This document shows positions 49,005-58,306 of a DNA stretch of 64,000 nucleotides, piece by piece. Under the pieces are notes generated by a model. The model was not told where the DNA came from. It saw only the letters and a list, made by a program, of their open reading frames with translations, and searched no databases. Made by a program: the position numbers and the translations under genes. Origin of the DNA: an uncultured delta proteobacterium (GTDB taxonomy: Bacteria; Myxococcota_A; UBA9160; SZUA-336); contig CAVPRM010000002.1 in the NCBI GenBank assembly GCA_963707945.1, forward strand, positions 2,492,340 to 2,556,339, written 5' to 3'. How positions within the stretch are numbered: position 1 is the stretch's first letter; each line of letters begins with the position of its first letter.

Positions 49005-51538
49005 CCCGCCTCGGGCCAGAGGCGGCGCATCAGCTTCTCCTTCACGACCTCCACGACGACCAGGTAGACGGCGACCGTTGCGGCGAGGAAGCCCAAATAG
49101 CGCAACGGGAGCGGAGCGAGCCCGAGCACTCCGGCGGCGGAGGGCACATAGGGCAGCGCCGCCCCGATTGCGACGACGAGCAGCGTCGTCGCCACGAGAG
49201 GCACGCTCGGCCGACTGGTCCAGGGACGCCTGGCGGTCCGGATCACGAACAGCACGAGCGTCTGCGTGGCGAGCGACTCCAGGAACCAGCCGGTGTGGAA
49301 GAGGGTCTCGCCGAAGTGGAAAACCCGGATCAGCACGTAGAAGGTCAGGAAGTCGAAGAGCGAGCTCACCGGCCCCAGCGTGATCATGAAGCTGCGGATC
49401 AGCCCGATGTTCCAGCGCTGCGGCCGCTGCACGTACCAAGGGTCGACGTTGTCCGTGGGGATCGTGATCTGCGCGAGGTCGTACAGAAAATTGTTGAGCA
49501 GGATCTGTGTCGGCAGCATCGGCAAGAAGGGGAGGAACAGCGCCGCGCCAGCCATGCTGAACATGTTCCCGAAGTTCGAGCTGGTTCCCATGAGCAGGTA
49601 CTTGAGCACGTTCGCGAAGGCCTTCCGCCCCGCGATGATCCCGGCGTGCAGCACGTCTAGCCGCCGCTCGAGCAGGATGATGTCCGACGCTTCGCGTGCC
49701 ACGTCGACTGCGCCGGCGACCGAAATGCCGACGTCGGCGCCGTGCAGCGACGGGGCGTCGTTGATGCCGTCGCCGAGAAAGCCCACGACGTGGCCGGTCG
49801 ATTTGAGCGCTCTCAGGATGCGGAGCTTCTGTGCCGGCGCGACCCGCGCGAAGACATCCGTCCCCTCGGCGACGCGAGCCAGCGCCCCCTCGTCCAGGCG
49901 CTCGATCTCGCTGCCGAGCACGACGCGGGCTGCGTCGATGCCCACCTTGCCGCAAACGTGTGCCGTCACCAGCTCGTTGTCCCCGCTGATGATCTTCACC
50001 GTCACGCCGTCCTCGCGGAGTCGCGCGATGGACTCCGCGACGCCTTCGACGGGGTGATCGGCGAAGGTCAGGAAGCCCGCCAGGGTCAGCTCGCACTCGT
50101 CGGATGCTTTGAAGCCGCCCGGGCGCGCGACCTGCCGGTACGCCACCGCAAGCACGCGGAAGCCCTGCGCGCTCGCGCCGCGGAACACCTCGAGACAGCG
50201 CGCGCGAGAGATCTCGTCGAACGCGCGCACCGCGCCGTCCGACTCGAAGCTCGTGCAGACCGACAGTAGGCCCTCCGGCGCGCCCTTGCAGACGAGCCGA
50301 TGGTCGCTGTCCTTCTCCACGACGATCGAGAGCCGCCGCCGCTCGAAATCGAAGGGAATCTCGTCGGTCTTGGAATAGCCCTCGATCCCCTCGACGGGTC
50401 GCTCCAGGATGGCGGCGTCGAGCGGGCTCTTGATCCCCGTCTCGAAGCGGCTGTTCAGAGCGGCGAGGAACAGCGCCCGATCCGAAGCGGTGCCGAAGGG
50501 ATCGAGCGATGCGTCCAGCGACATCGTCCCCGCGGTGAGCGTGCCCGTCTTGTCGCTGCACAGGATGTCGATGCTGCCCAGGTTCTGGATCGCGGAGAGG
50601 TGCTTCACGATCACCTTCTCGCGTGCCATCTGGATCGCGCCTCGTGCGAGCGTCACGGTGGTGATCATCGGCAGGAACTCCGGCGTGAGACCCACGGCGA
50701 GCGCAACCGAGAAGAGCAGAGACTCCAGCGGATTGCGACCGAAGCTGAGGTTCACCACGAGGATGAACAGCACGAGGAAGATGACCGCCTGCAGGATGAG
50801 CATCGCGAAGCGCCGCATGCCTCGCTCGAACTCCGTTTCGTCCGGCCGCGCCGAGAGTCGCTCGACGATCTCCCCGAACTCAGTGTCCCGCCCCGACGCG
50901 AAGATGACCGCGGTGGCCGTACCGCTGACGATCGAAGTTCCAAGGAAGACCAAGCCCGGCGAGTCGGGCCCGCTCGACGAGAGCGCGTCCTTCGCGGCGA
51001 GCTTCTCGGCCGGGAGCGACTCACCGGTGAGGGCGCCCTGGTGGACGTGAAGATCGACGGCGTCGATGAGGCGCGCGTCGGCGGGAACCAGGTCGCCGGC
51101 GGCGAGCCGCACGACGTCCCCGACCACGAGCTGAGCCCGCGGCAGCTCGAGCCATGCGCCGTCGCGCCGCACCGTGGCGGTCGGCGCGACCTGCTGCTGG
51201 AGCCGCTTCACCGCTTGGTCGGAACGGAAGGTCTGCCAGAAGTTGATCCCCGCGCTCAGGAAGACGATCGCGGCGATGATGGCTGCATTCGCGATCTCGC
51301 CCAGCGCGGCCGACGCGACGGCGGCGACGAGCAGGATGAGCACGAGCGGATTCGCCACCGAGCGCAGGAACGTCAGCGCGTTAGAGAGGACGTTGCCTCC
51401 CGCGAGCTGGTTCGCGCCGCGCTCTCGCAGACGCGCGGCAGCGGAGGCCGCAGAGAGGCCGAGCTCGGAGCTTCCGAGCCGAGCGAAGAGCTCCGCCAGG
51501 GTCTGACACTCGAGCGTCACAGGTCGCTCTTCTAACAC
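49001..51538 (-). CDS. mgtA: Magnesium-translocating P-type ATPase
   Basis: 845 aa. CSDKTGTLT, TGESLP and FLGDGINDAPSL. MgtA-type N-terminus and 10-TM layout. Confidence 0.9.
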   Translation of the reverse strand: MLEERPVTLECQTLAELFARLGSSELGLSAASAAARLRERGANQLAGGNVLSNALTFLRSVANPLVLILLVAAVASAALGEIANAAIIAAIVFLSAGINFWQTFRSDQAVKRLQQQVAPTATVRRDGAWLELPRAQLVVGDVVRLAAGDLVPADARLIDAVDLHVHQGALTGESLPAEKLAAKDALSSSGPDSPGLVFLGTSIVSGTATAVIFASGRDTEFGEIVERLSARPDETEFERGMRRFAMLILQAVIFLVLFILVVNLSFGRNPLESLLFSVALAVGLTPEFLPMITTVTLARGAIQMAREKVIVKHLSAIQNLGSIDILCSDKTGTLTAGTMSLDASLDPFGTASDRALFLAALNSRFETGIKSPLDAAILERPVEGIEGYSKTDEIPFDFERRRLSIVVEKDSDHRLVCKGAPEGLLSVCTSFESDGAVRAFDEISRARCLEVFRGASAQGFRVLAVAYRQVARPGGFKASDECELTLAGFLTFADHPVEGVAESIARLREDGVTVKIISGDNELVTAHVCGKVGIDAARVVLGSEIERLDEGALARVAEGTDVFARVAPAQKLRILRALKSTGHVVGFLGDGINDAPSLHGADVGISVAGAVDVAREASDIILLERRLDVLHAGIIAGRKAFANVLKYLLMGTSSNFGNMFSMAGAALFLPFLPMLPTQILLNNFLYDLAQITIPTDNVDPWYVQRPQRWNIGLIRSFMITLGPVSSLFDFLTFYVLIRVFHFGETLFHTGWFLESLATQTLVLFVIRTARRPWTSRPSVPLVATTLLVVAIGAALPYVPSAAGVLGLAPLPLRYLGFLAATVAVYLVVVEVVKEKLMRRLWPEAG

Positions 51539-51569
51539 GCTTCGCCGGGTTGGAGTACCTTCGGCTGCA

Positions 51570-53265
51570 ATGTCCTGGCAGGCCTCGATCGCCTACTTCT
51601 CGATGGAGATCGCCCTCGAGCCCGGGCTGCCGACCTACGCGGGCGGGCTCGGCGTGCTGGCGGGCGACATGCTGCATTCCGCCGCAGACGACGGCCTGCC
51701 GGTCGTCGGGGTCTCGCTCGTGCACCGGCAGGGCTACTTCCGCCAGCGAATCGGGCCGAGCGGCGAGCAGCTCGAAGAGGCGTGGGCATGGGATCCCGGG
51801 GTGCGACTCTCGGAGATGCGCCAGCGCACGCACGTCGAGATCGAGGACCGCAAGGTCGCGATCCGCGCCTGGCGCTACTCCGTCGAGGGGGTCGGCGGCT
51901 CGACCGTCCCGGTCTTCCTGCTCGACACGGATCTGCCCGAGAACACCGCGACAGATCGCGCCATCACAAACGCGCTCTACGGCGGCGACGAGCGCAACCG
52001 ACTGTACCAGGAGATCGTGCTCGGGATCGGCGGGGTGCGCATGCTGCGCGAGCTCGGCTTCGCCACCGTGCGCCGCTTCCACATGAACGAGGGTCACTCG
52101 AGCCTGCTCACGCTCGAACTCCTCCGCGAGCGGATGATCCTGCACGGGACGACGGTGGTCAGCGACGACGACGTGCGAGCGGTGCGCGAGATGTGCGTCT
52201 TCACGACGCACACCCCCGTCGAGGCCGCGGTCGATCGCTATCCGGTCGATCTCGTGCAGCGCGTGCTGTGCGCGCACCGTTGCCTTCCGATCGTGTCTAC
52301 GTTCGCGCTCGATGGCGTCCTCAACCTGACCCATCTCGCGCTCAGCTTGAGCCACTACGTCAACGGCGTCGGAAAGCGCCACGGCGAGGTCGCGCGCCAC
52401 ACCTACCCGCTGCAGCAGATCGACTCGATCACGAACGGCGTTCGGCCCGCCACCTGGGCCGCTCCGTCGTTCCAGGCGCTCTTCGATCGCTTCATCCCCG
52501 ACTGGCGCAACGACGCCGCGGGGCTGCGGCGTGCGCTCGCGATCCCGCGCGACGCCGTGCGCGAGGCACACGCGCTCGCGAAGCGCGCACTCGTCGCAGC
52601 GCATCGCGGCGGCGCTCCAGGTGACGCTCGACGAGAAGCTCCCGATCTTGGGCCTCGCGCGGCGCATGACTCCGTACAAGCGGGTCGACCTGATCTTCCG
52701 CGACCTCGCGCGGCTCGAGAAGATCGCGAGCGACTGCGGCGGGCTGCAGGTGGTGGTGGGCGGAAAGGCGCACCCGAGCGACGAAGGCGGGAAGGCGGTC
52801 GTGCGGCGCTTGACCGGAATCGCGCGCGCCTCCACCGGCGCGCTGCGCGTGGTCTTCGTGCCCGACTACGACTTGGAGTGGGCGCGCTATTTCGTGTCGG
52901 GCTCGGATCTCTGGGTCAACACACCGGAGCCGCCGCTCGAAGCCTCCGGGACGAGCGGAATGAAGGCCGCGGTCAACGGCGTTCCCTCGCTCAGCATCCT
53001 CGACGGCTGGTGGGTCGAGGGCTGGATCGAGGGCGTGACGGGCTGGTCGGTCGAGCGCCACCCCAACAACCGGCACGAAGCGACCTCCGCCGCTCTCGAC
53101 GCCGAGTCGCTGTACGAGAAGCTCGAGCTCGTGATCCTGCCGATCCTGACCGGCGACCAGGCGCACTTCGCCGAGGTCATGCGCAGCGCGATCGCGCTGA
53201 ACGCGTCGTACTTCAACACCGAGCGCATGCTGGACCAGTACGTCGTGCGCGCGTACTTCCGTTAG
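51570..53265 (+). CDS. glgP: Alpha-glucan phosphorylase (GlgP family); one extra base near 52595
   Basis: IAYFSMEIALEPGLPTYAGGLGVLAGD... runs to ...AHALAKRALV, then QRIAAALQVTLDEKLPILGLARRMTPYKR...EASGTSGMKAAVNGV... continues in the frame of ORF 52531..53265. The span is 3n+1 nt long. Confidence 0.85.
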
Positions 53266-53272
53266 GGCCGAC

Positions 53273-55615
53273 ATGGACAAGGCCGCGGAGCGCTACCGAC
53301 GCTGCGCCAACTACCTGGCCGCCGCGCAGCTCTACCTGCGTGCGAATCCGCTGCTCGAGGAGCCGCTGCGTCCCGAGCACCTGAAGCCGCGCCTGCTCGG
53401 GCACTGGGGAACGGCGCCCGGGATCAACCTGATCTACCAGCACCTGAATCGCCTGATCCTGCGCAGCGACGCGGAGCTCCTGCTCGTGACCGGGCCCGGC
53501 CACGGCGCCGCCGCGAATCTCGCGAACCTGTGGCTCGAGGGAACGCTCGCGGAGTTCTACCCGGAGCTGACGCGCGACCGCGCTGGGCTCACCCGGCTCT
53601 TCCAGCGCTTCTCCTGGCCGGGGGGATTCCCGAGCCACCTGAGCCCCGCGCTTCCCGGCGTTCTGTGCGAGGGAGGCGAGCTCGGCTACGCGCTCGCAAC
53701 CTCGTTCGGCGCGGTGCTCGACAATCCCGACCTGATCGCCGCGTGCATCGTCGGCGACGGCGAGGCCGAGACCGGGCCGACGGCCGGATCCTGGCACGCC
53801 GCGAAATTCCTGAGCCCCGCTCACGACGGCGCGGTGCTGCCGATCCTGCACCTGAACGGCTTCAAGATCGCGAACCCGACGGTGTTCGGCTGCATGGACG
53901 ACGGCGAGCTCGACGCGCTCTTCACCGGCTACGGGTATACGCCGCGCATCGTCTCGCTCTCTCAAGAGATCGACGCGGAGCTCACCACCGCGCTCGACGC
54001 ATCGCTCGCGGAGATCCGCGCCCTTCAGCGGAGCGCCCGCGAGGGCCAACCGCCCGAGCGCGCGCGCTGGCCGATGATCGTGCTGCGCACGCCGAAGGGC
54101 TGGACGGGGCCGCGCGAGATCGACGGCGTGCAGATCGAGGGGACCTTCCGCGCGCACCAGGTTCCCGCCAAGCTCGCGCGTACGAATCCGGCGCACCGCG
54201 CGGCGCTCGAGAGCTGGCTGCGCTCGTACCGGCCCGACGAGCTGTTCGATCGCGAAGGCCGGCCCGCGCCCGACATCGTCGAGCAGTGCCCGCGCGGCGC
54301 GCGCCGGATGGCGATGAATCCGCACGGCTTCGGCTGGCGCGTGCGCCGGCCGCTCGCGTTGCCGCCGCTGTCGGAGTTCGGCGTCGCCGTCGCCAGACGC
54401 GGCGACCCGATCGCCTCGGCCATGGAGGCGCTCGGCCGATACCTGCGCGAGGTGGTCGTGCTCGACCGCGAGCGCAAGACCTTCCGCATCGTCTGCCCGG
54501 ACGAGCTCGAGTCCAACCGGCTGGGCGCGGTGCTCGAGGTGACGAGCCGCCAGTTCGATTGGCCGCCGCTGCCGGGAAGCGAGGGCCTCGCGCGCGAGGG
54601 CCGCGTGCTCGAGGTGCTCTCGGAGCATCTCTGTCAGGGCTGGCTGCAGGGCTACCTGCTGACGGGCCGGCACGGGCTCTTCCCGTGCTACGAAGCGTTC
54701 CTGCCGATCGTCGACGGCATGATGAACCAGTACGCGAAGTTCCTGAAGTCGTCGCGCGAGGTGCCGTGGCGCGGCTCGATCTCGTCGCTGAACTACGTGC
54801 TCACCTCGGAGGCCTGGCGGCAGGAGCACAACGGCTACTCGCACCAGGGGCCCGGCTTCCTGAACAACTTGCTCACGAAGAAGGGACACACCTACCGGAT
54901 CTATCTGCCTCCGGACGCCAACTGTCTGCTCTGGACGATGGATCAGTGTCTGCGCACACCGGATCGCATTCATCTGGTGATCGCGGGCAAGCAGCCGATG
55001 CCGCAGTGGCTCGGTCGTGAAGAGGCCGCCGACCACTGCCGCGTGGGCGCGTCGATCTGGCGCTGGGCGAGCACGTTCGACGGCGAGGACCCGGAGCTCG
55101 TCCTCGCGGGCTGCGGCGACTCCCTCACGCTCGAGGTGATGGCCGCCGCGCAGATCCTGCGCGAGGAAGCGCCCGGCTGGCGCGTCCGCGTCGTCAACGT
55201 GACCGACCTGCTGGTGCTCGGCATTCCCGAGAAGTACCCCGGCGGGCTCACGAACGAGCGCTTCGAGCGGCTCTTCCCGCGCGGCGTCCCCGCGCTGGTG
55301 AACTTCCACGGCTACACCGCGGCGATCAAGCAGCTCTGCTGGGAGCGGCCCGAGCCGAGCCGCTTCGACGTGAACGGCTATCGCGAAGAGGGCACCACGA
55401 CCACGCCGTTCATGATGCAGATCCTGAACCGCACCAGCCGCTACCACCTCGTGATGCAGGCGGCGCAGAAGGTTGCCCGCGTGAACCCGAGCGCGGCCGC
55501 GCACGCGGAGGCGCTCGTGGTGCGCTACGAGCGGAAGATCGCCGAGCTCGCCGACTACGTCGTTCGCGAAGGGGAGGACCCGCCCGAGATCTCGGGATTC
55601 CGATGGACCCCGTGA
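53273..55615 (+). CDS. xfp: Phosphoketolase (xylulose-5-P/fructose-6-P)
   Basis: 780 aa. LLGHWGTAPG, VTGPGHGA, EGGELGYAL and IVGDGEAETGP. Confidence 0.92.
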   Translation: MDKAAERYRRCANYLAAAQLYLRANPLLEEPLRPEHLKPRLLGHWGTAPGINLIYQHLNRLILRSDAELLLVTGPGHGAAANLANLWLEGTLAEFYPELTRDRAGLTRLFQRFSWPGGFPSHLSPALPGVLCEGGELGYALATSFGAVLDNPDLIAACIVGDGEAETGPTAGSWHAAKFLSPAHDGAVLPILHLNGFKIANPTVFGCMDDGELDALFTGYGYTPRIVSLSQEIDAELTTALDASLAEIRALQRSAREGQPPERARWPMIVLRTPKGWTGPREIDGVQIEGTFRAHQVPAKLARTNPAHRAALESWLRSYRPDELFDREGRPAPDIVEQCPRGARRMAMNPHGFGWRVRRPLALPPLSEFGVAVARRGDPIASAMEALGRYLREVVVLDRERKTFRIVCPDELESNRLGAVLEVTSRQFDWPPLPGSEGLAREGRVLEVLSEHLCQGWLQGYLLTGRHGLFPCYEAFLPIVDGMMNQYAKFLKSSREVPWRGSISSLNYVLTSEAWRQEHNGYSHQGPGFLNNLLTKKGHTYRIYLPPDANCLLWTMDQCLRTPDRIHLVIAGKQPMPQWLGREEAADHCRVGASIWRWASTFDGEDPELVLAGCGDSLTLEVMAAAQILREEAPGWRVRVVNVTDLLVLGIPEKYPGGLTNERFERLFPRGVPALVNFHGYTAAIKQLCWERPEPSRFDVNGYREEGTTTTPFMMQILNRTSRYHLVMQAAQKVARVNPSAAAHAEALVVRYERKIAELADYVVREGEDPPEISGFRWTP

Positions 55616-56721
55616 TCGCCGTAGTGAACACCGGCAGCTCGAGCGTGAAGCTCGCCGCGTTCGAGCTCGCGGGCGGCGAGCTGCGCGTGCGCGCGCGTAT
55701 CGATCGCGAGCTCGCAGTGAGCGCCGGCAATCTCGAGGCGCACCTGCACGACGAGCTCGCCTCGTTCGCGCGCGCGCTCGGGGCCTCGCCGAGCGCGGTC
55801 GCGCACCGGGTCGTTCACGGCGGCCTCGAAGCGCACAGCCCGGTCGAGCTCACGCCCGACGTCGAGCGCCTGCTCGAGGCGCTCGTGCCGCTCGCGCCAC
55901 TGCACCAGCCAGCGGCGCTCGCGGGCATTCGCGCCGCGCGCCGGGTGTATCCGCGCGCGCGTCAGCTCGCGTTCTTCGACACCGCCTTCCACGCTGCGCG
56001 CTCGCCGGCCTCGCTCGCGTATCCGCTCCCCGCCGAGCTGGCAGGGCGCGAGCTGCACCGCTTCGGCTTTCACGGCCTCGCGCACGCGTCGCTCCTCGAG
56101 CAGACCGCGCGCGCCGTGGGCCGCGCGCCCGAGCAGAGCAGCGCCGTCACGCTGCAGCTCGGCCACGGTTGCTCGGCCTGCGCGATCCGCGACGGCCGCT
56201 CGCTCGAGACCTCGATGGGCTTCTCGCCGCTCGGCGGCCTGACGATGCCGGCACGCTCGGGGGATCTCGATCCAGGCGTGCTCCTCCACCTGCTGCGCGG
56301 CGGCCACGGCGCCGCGGAGCTCGAGGAGATCCTCTACGAGCGGTCGGGGCTGCTCGCGCTCACGGGGAGCGCGGACGTTCGCGTGATCGAGAAGCGCGCC
56401 GCCGGCGGCGAAGCGCGCGCCGAGCTCGGCCTCGCGGTCTTCGCTCGCGCGATCATCGCCACGGTCGGCGCCTACTTCACGCTGCTCGACGGCGACGGCG
56501 CGCTCGTCTTCGGGGGCGGGATCGGCACGGGCTCGGCCGAAGTCCGCGCGCGCGTGTGCGCGGGCCTGCGCGCCTGGAACGTGCACCTCGACCCGACCCG
56601 GAACGCGGCTGGCGCGAGCGGAACCATCCATCGCCCCGGCAGCCGGCCTGTGTTCTGCTTCACGACGGACGAGGAAGGCTGGATGGCCCGGGCTTGCGTG
56701 CCGGAGCTCACGACCGGATGA
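55603..56721 (+). CDS. ackA: Acetate kinase
   Basis: IAVVNTGSSSVKLAAFEL, HRVVHGG, AFFDTAFH and FGFHGLAH. Overlaps the xfp 3' end by 13 nt. Confidence 0.85.
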   Translation: MDPVIAVVNTGSSSVKLAAFELAGGELRVRARIDRELAVSAGNLEAHLHDELASFARALGASPSAVAHRVVHGGLEAHSPVELTPDVERLLEALVPLAPLHQPAALAGIRAARRVYPRARQLAFFDTAFHAARSPASLAYPLPAELAGRELHRFGFHGLAHASLLEQTARAVGRAPEQSSAVTLQLGHGCSACAIRDGRSLETSMGFSPLGGLTMPARSGDLDPGVLLHLLRGGHGAAELEEILYERSGLLALTGSADVRVIEKRAAGGEARAELGLAVFARAIIATVGAYFTLLDGDGALVFGGGIGTGSAEVRARVCAGLRAWNVHLDPTRNAAGASGTIHRPGSRPVFCFTTDEEGWMARACVPELTTG

Positions 56722-56959
56722 GCCCGACCATCAGCGACGCGGCAGCGCCCGGCGCGGCGCCGCCGGCGTGGATGGTCTGCTCGCGAAATCGCGGCGCGGG
56801 GCGAAGTGGTAGCAGGCCGAGGCGGCGAGGCCCGACGCGAGCACGGCGAAGGCGAGCTCCTGCGACATGCGAGAACGAATCGCCGCTCGAGGCCTCGCTC
56901 GCGAGTAGGCAAAAGGTCAATGGTCGACGGATTCTGGCCAGGCGCGGCACAATGGCTTC

Positions 56960-57929
56960 ATGCACCGCGTGGTGATCGTGGCGACCGACGGCGTGATCCC
57001 CTTCGACCTGGCGACGCCTTACGAGGTGTTCGCGAGCGTGCGGCTGCGCGATGGAAGCTGCGGCTATCGGGTGCGCGTGTGCGGCACCGCGAAGGAGGTC
57101 GACGCGGGCGGATTCCGCATGAAGCTCCGCTACGGGCTCGACGAGCTCGGGCGCGCGGACACGATCGTGTTGGCCGGGGTCGGGGATCTCGGCGCGCCGG
57201 TGCCGGAGACTGCTGCTCCGCGCCGTGCGCCGCGCTGCGGCGCGCGGGGTGCGGGTGGCTTCGACCTGCAGCGGCGCGTTCCTGTTCGCGGCGACCGGGC
57301 TCCTCGACGGACGGCGCGCGACGACCCACTGGCGGGCGGCACCCGAGCTCGCGCGGCGCTACCCGGAGGTTCACGTCGACCCCGACGTGCTCTACGTGGA
57401 CGAGGGTCAGTTCCTCACCTCGGCCGGTGCGGCGGCCGCGTTCGATCTCTGCCTGCACATGGTGCGGCGCGACTACGGATCCGAGGCCGCCGTCGCCGCG
57501 GCGCGCGCGTCGGTCATGCCGCTCGAGCGCGACGGCGGACAGTCCCAGTTCATCACGCACGCGCCGCCGACTCCCGACGGCGCCTCCCTCTCGCCGCTGC
57601 TCGCGTGGCTCGAGGGGAACCTGCACGCGCCGCTCACGCTGGACGCGATCGCGAAGCGCGCCGCCGCGAGCGTGCGCAGCTTGAACCGGCGCTTCCGCGA
57701 TCAGACCGGGACCACGCCGCTCCAGTGGCTGCTGCGCGCCCGCGTGCGGCGCGCGCAACTCCTGCTCGAGACCACTGCGCATTCGGTCGACCGGATTGCC
57801 GCGACCGCCGGCTTCGGCTCGGCCACGAGCCTCCGCGAGCACTTCCGCCGGGTCGTGGCCACCAGCCCGCAGGCGTATCGTCGCGCGTTCCGCAGCCGCT
57901 CCCGCCCGCGTGCGCCCCGTCACGGGTGA
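56960..57929 (+). CDS. GlxA-family regulator (DJ-1/PfpI domain + AraC HTH); one extra base at about 57209
   Basis: MHRVVIVATDGVIPFDLATPYEVF...IVLAGVGDLGAPVPE, then LLLRAVRRAAARGVRVASTCSGAFLFAATGLLDGRRATTHW...LDAIAKRAAASVRSLNRRFRDQTGTTPLQWLL... continues in the frame of ORF 57225..57929. The span is 3n+1 nt long. Confidence 0.8.
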
Positions 57930-58008
57930 AACCAAAACGGGGATGCAACGTACTGTCTGGTGGCCTCTGCGCAGTCGCGCACGACCACTTCGAGGCCAGG
58001 AGGACGGA

Positions 58009-58281
58009 ATGGCGCGTTCGATGCTCGGAATTCTGGCCGCGGGTGCGGTCGCGAGTCTGCTCGCCGGCGGGGCGTTCGCCGCGGACGACAAGATGGGCGG
58101 CGGCATGGGCGGCATGGACGCCAAGGCCTGCTACCGCTCGCACTGCGGCAAGAGCGTGAGCGGCTACGAAGGCAAGTGCGGCGGCACCATGATCGATCAG
58201 CTCAAGACCGAGAAGGCGTGCACGGACGCCGGCGGCGCCTGGGCCACGGCCGACGAAGCGAAGAAGTTCGAAAAGAAGTGA
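58009..58281 (+). CDS. Candidate RiPP precursor: Sec-exported, Met/Gly-rich, 4-Cys peptide with EGKCG motif (HvfA/bufferin-like)
   Basis: ATG 58009 lies 5-6 nt after AGGAGGA. MARSMLGILAAGAVASLLAGGAFA|ADDKMGGGMGGMDAKACYRSHCGKSVSGYEGKCGGTMIDQLKTEKACTDAGGAWATADEAKKFEKK. It sits 25 nt upstream of the MNIO gene. Confidence 0.65.
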   Translation: MARSMLGILAAGAVASLLAGGAFAADDKMGGGMGGMDAKACYRSHCGKSVSGYEGKCGGTMIDQLKTEKACTDAGGAWATADEAKKFEKK

Positions 58282-58306
58282 AGAGCTGAGTTCTCGGCCG
58301 CTCCGC

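Noticed and set aside
51539-51569. Mg2+-sensing leader or riboswitch upstream of mgtA
   Set aside because: Only 31 nt separate the mgtA and glgP start codons. That is too short for an M-box or an enterobacterial-type mgtA leader, unless the mgtA start is mis-called.
56731-56868. 45-aa minus-strand ORF MSQELAFAVLASGLAASACYHFAPRRDFASRPSTPAAPRRALPRR
   Set aside because: It has one hydrophobic helix followed by an Arg/Pro-rich tail and no convincing RBS. It cannot be distinguished from high-GC noise.
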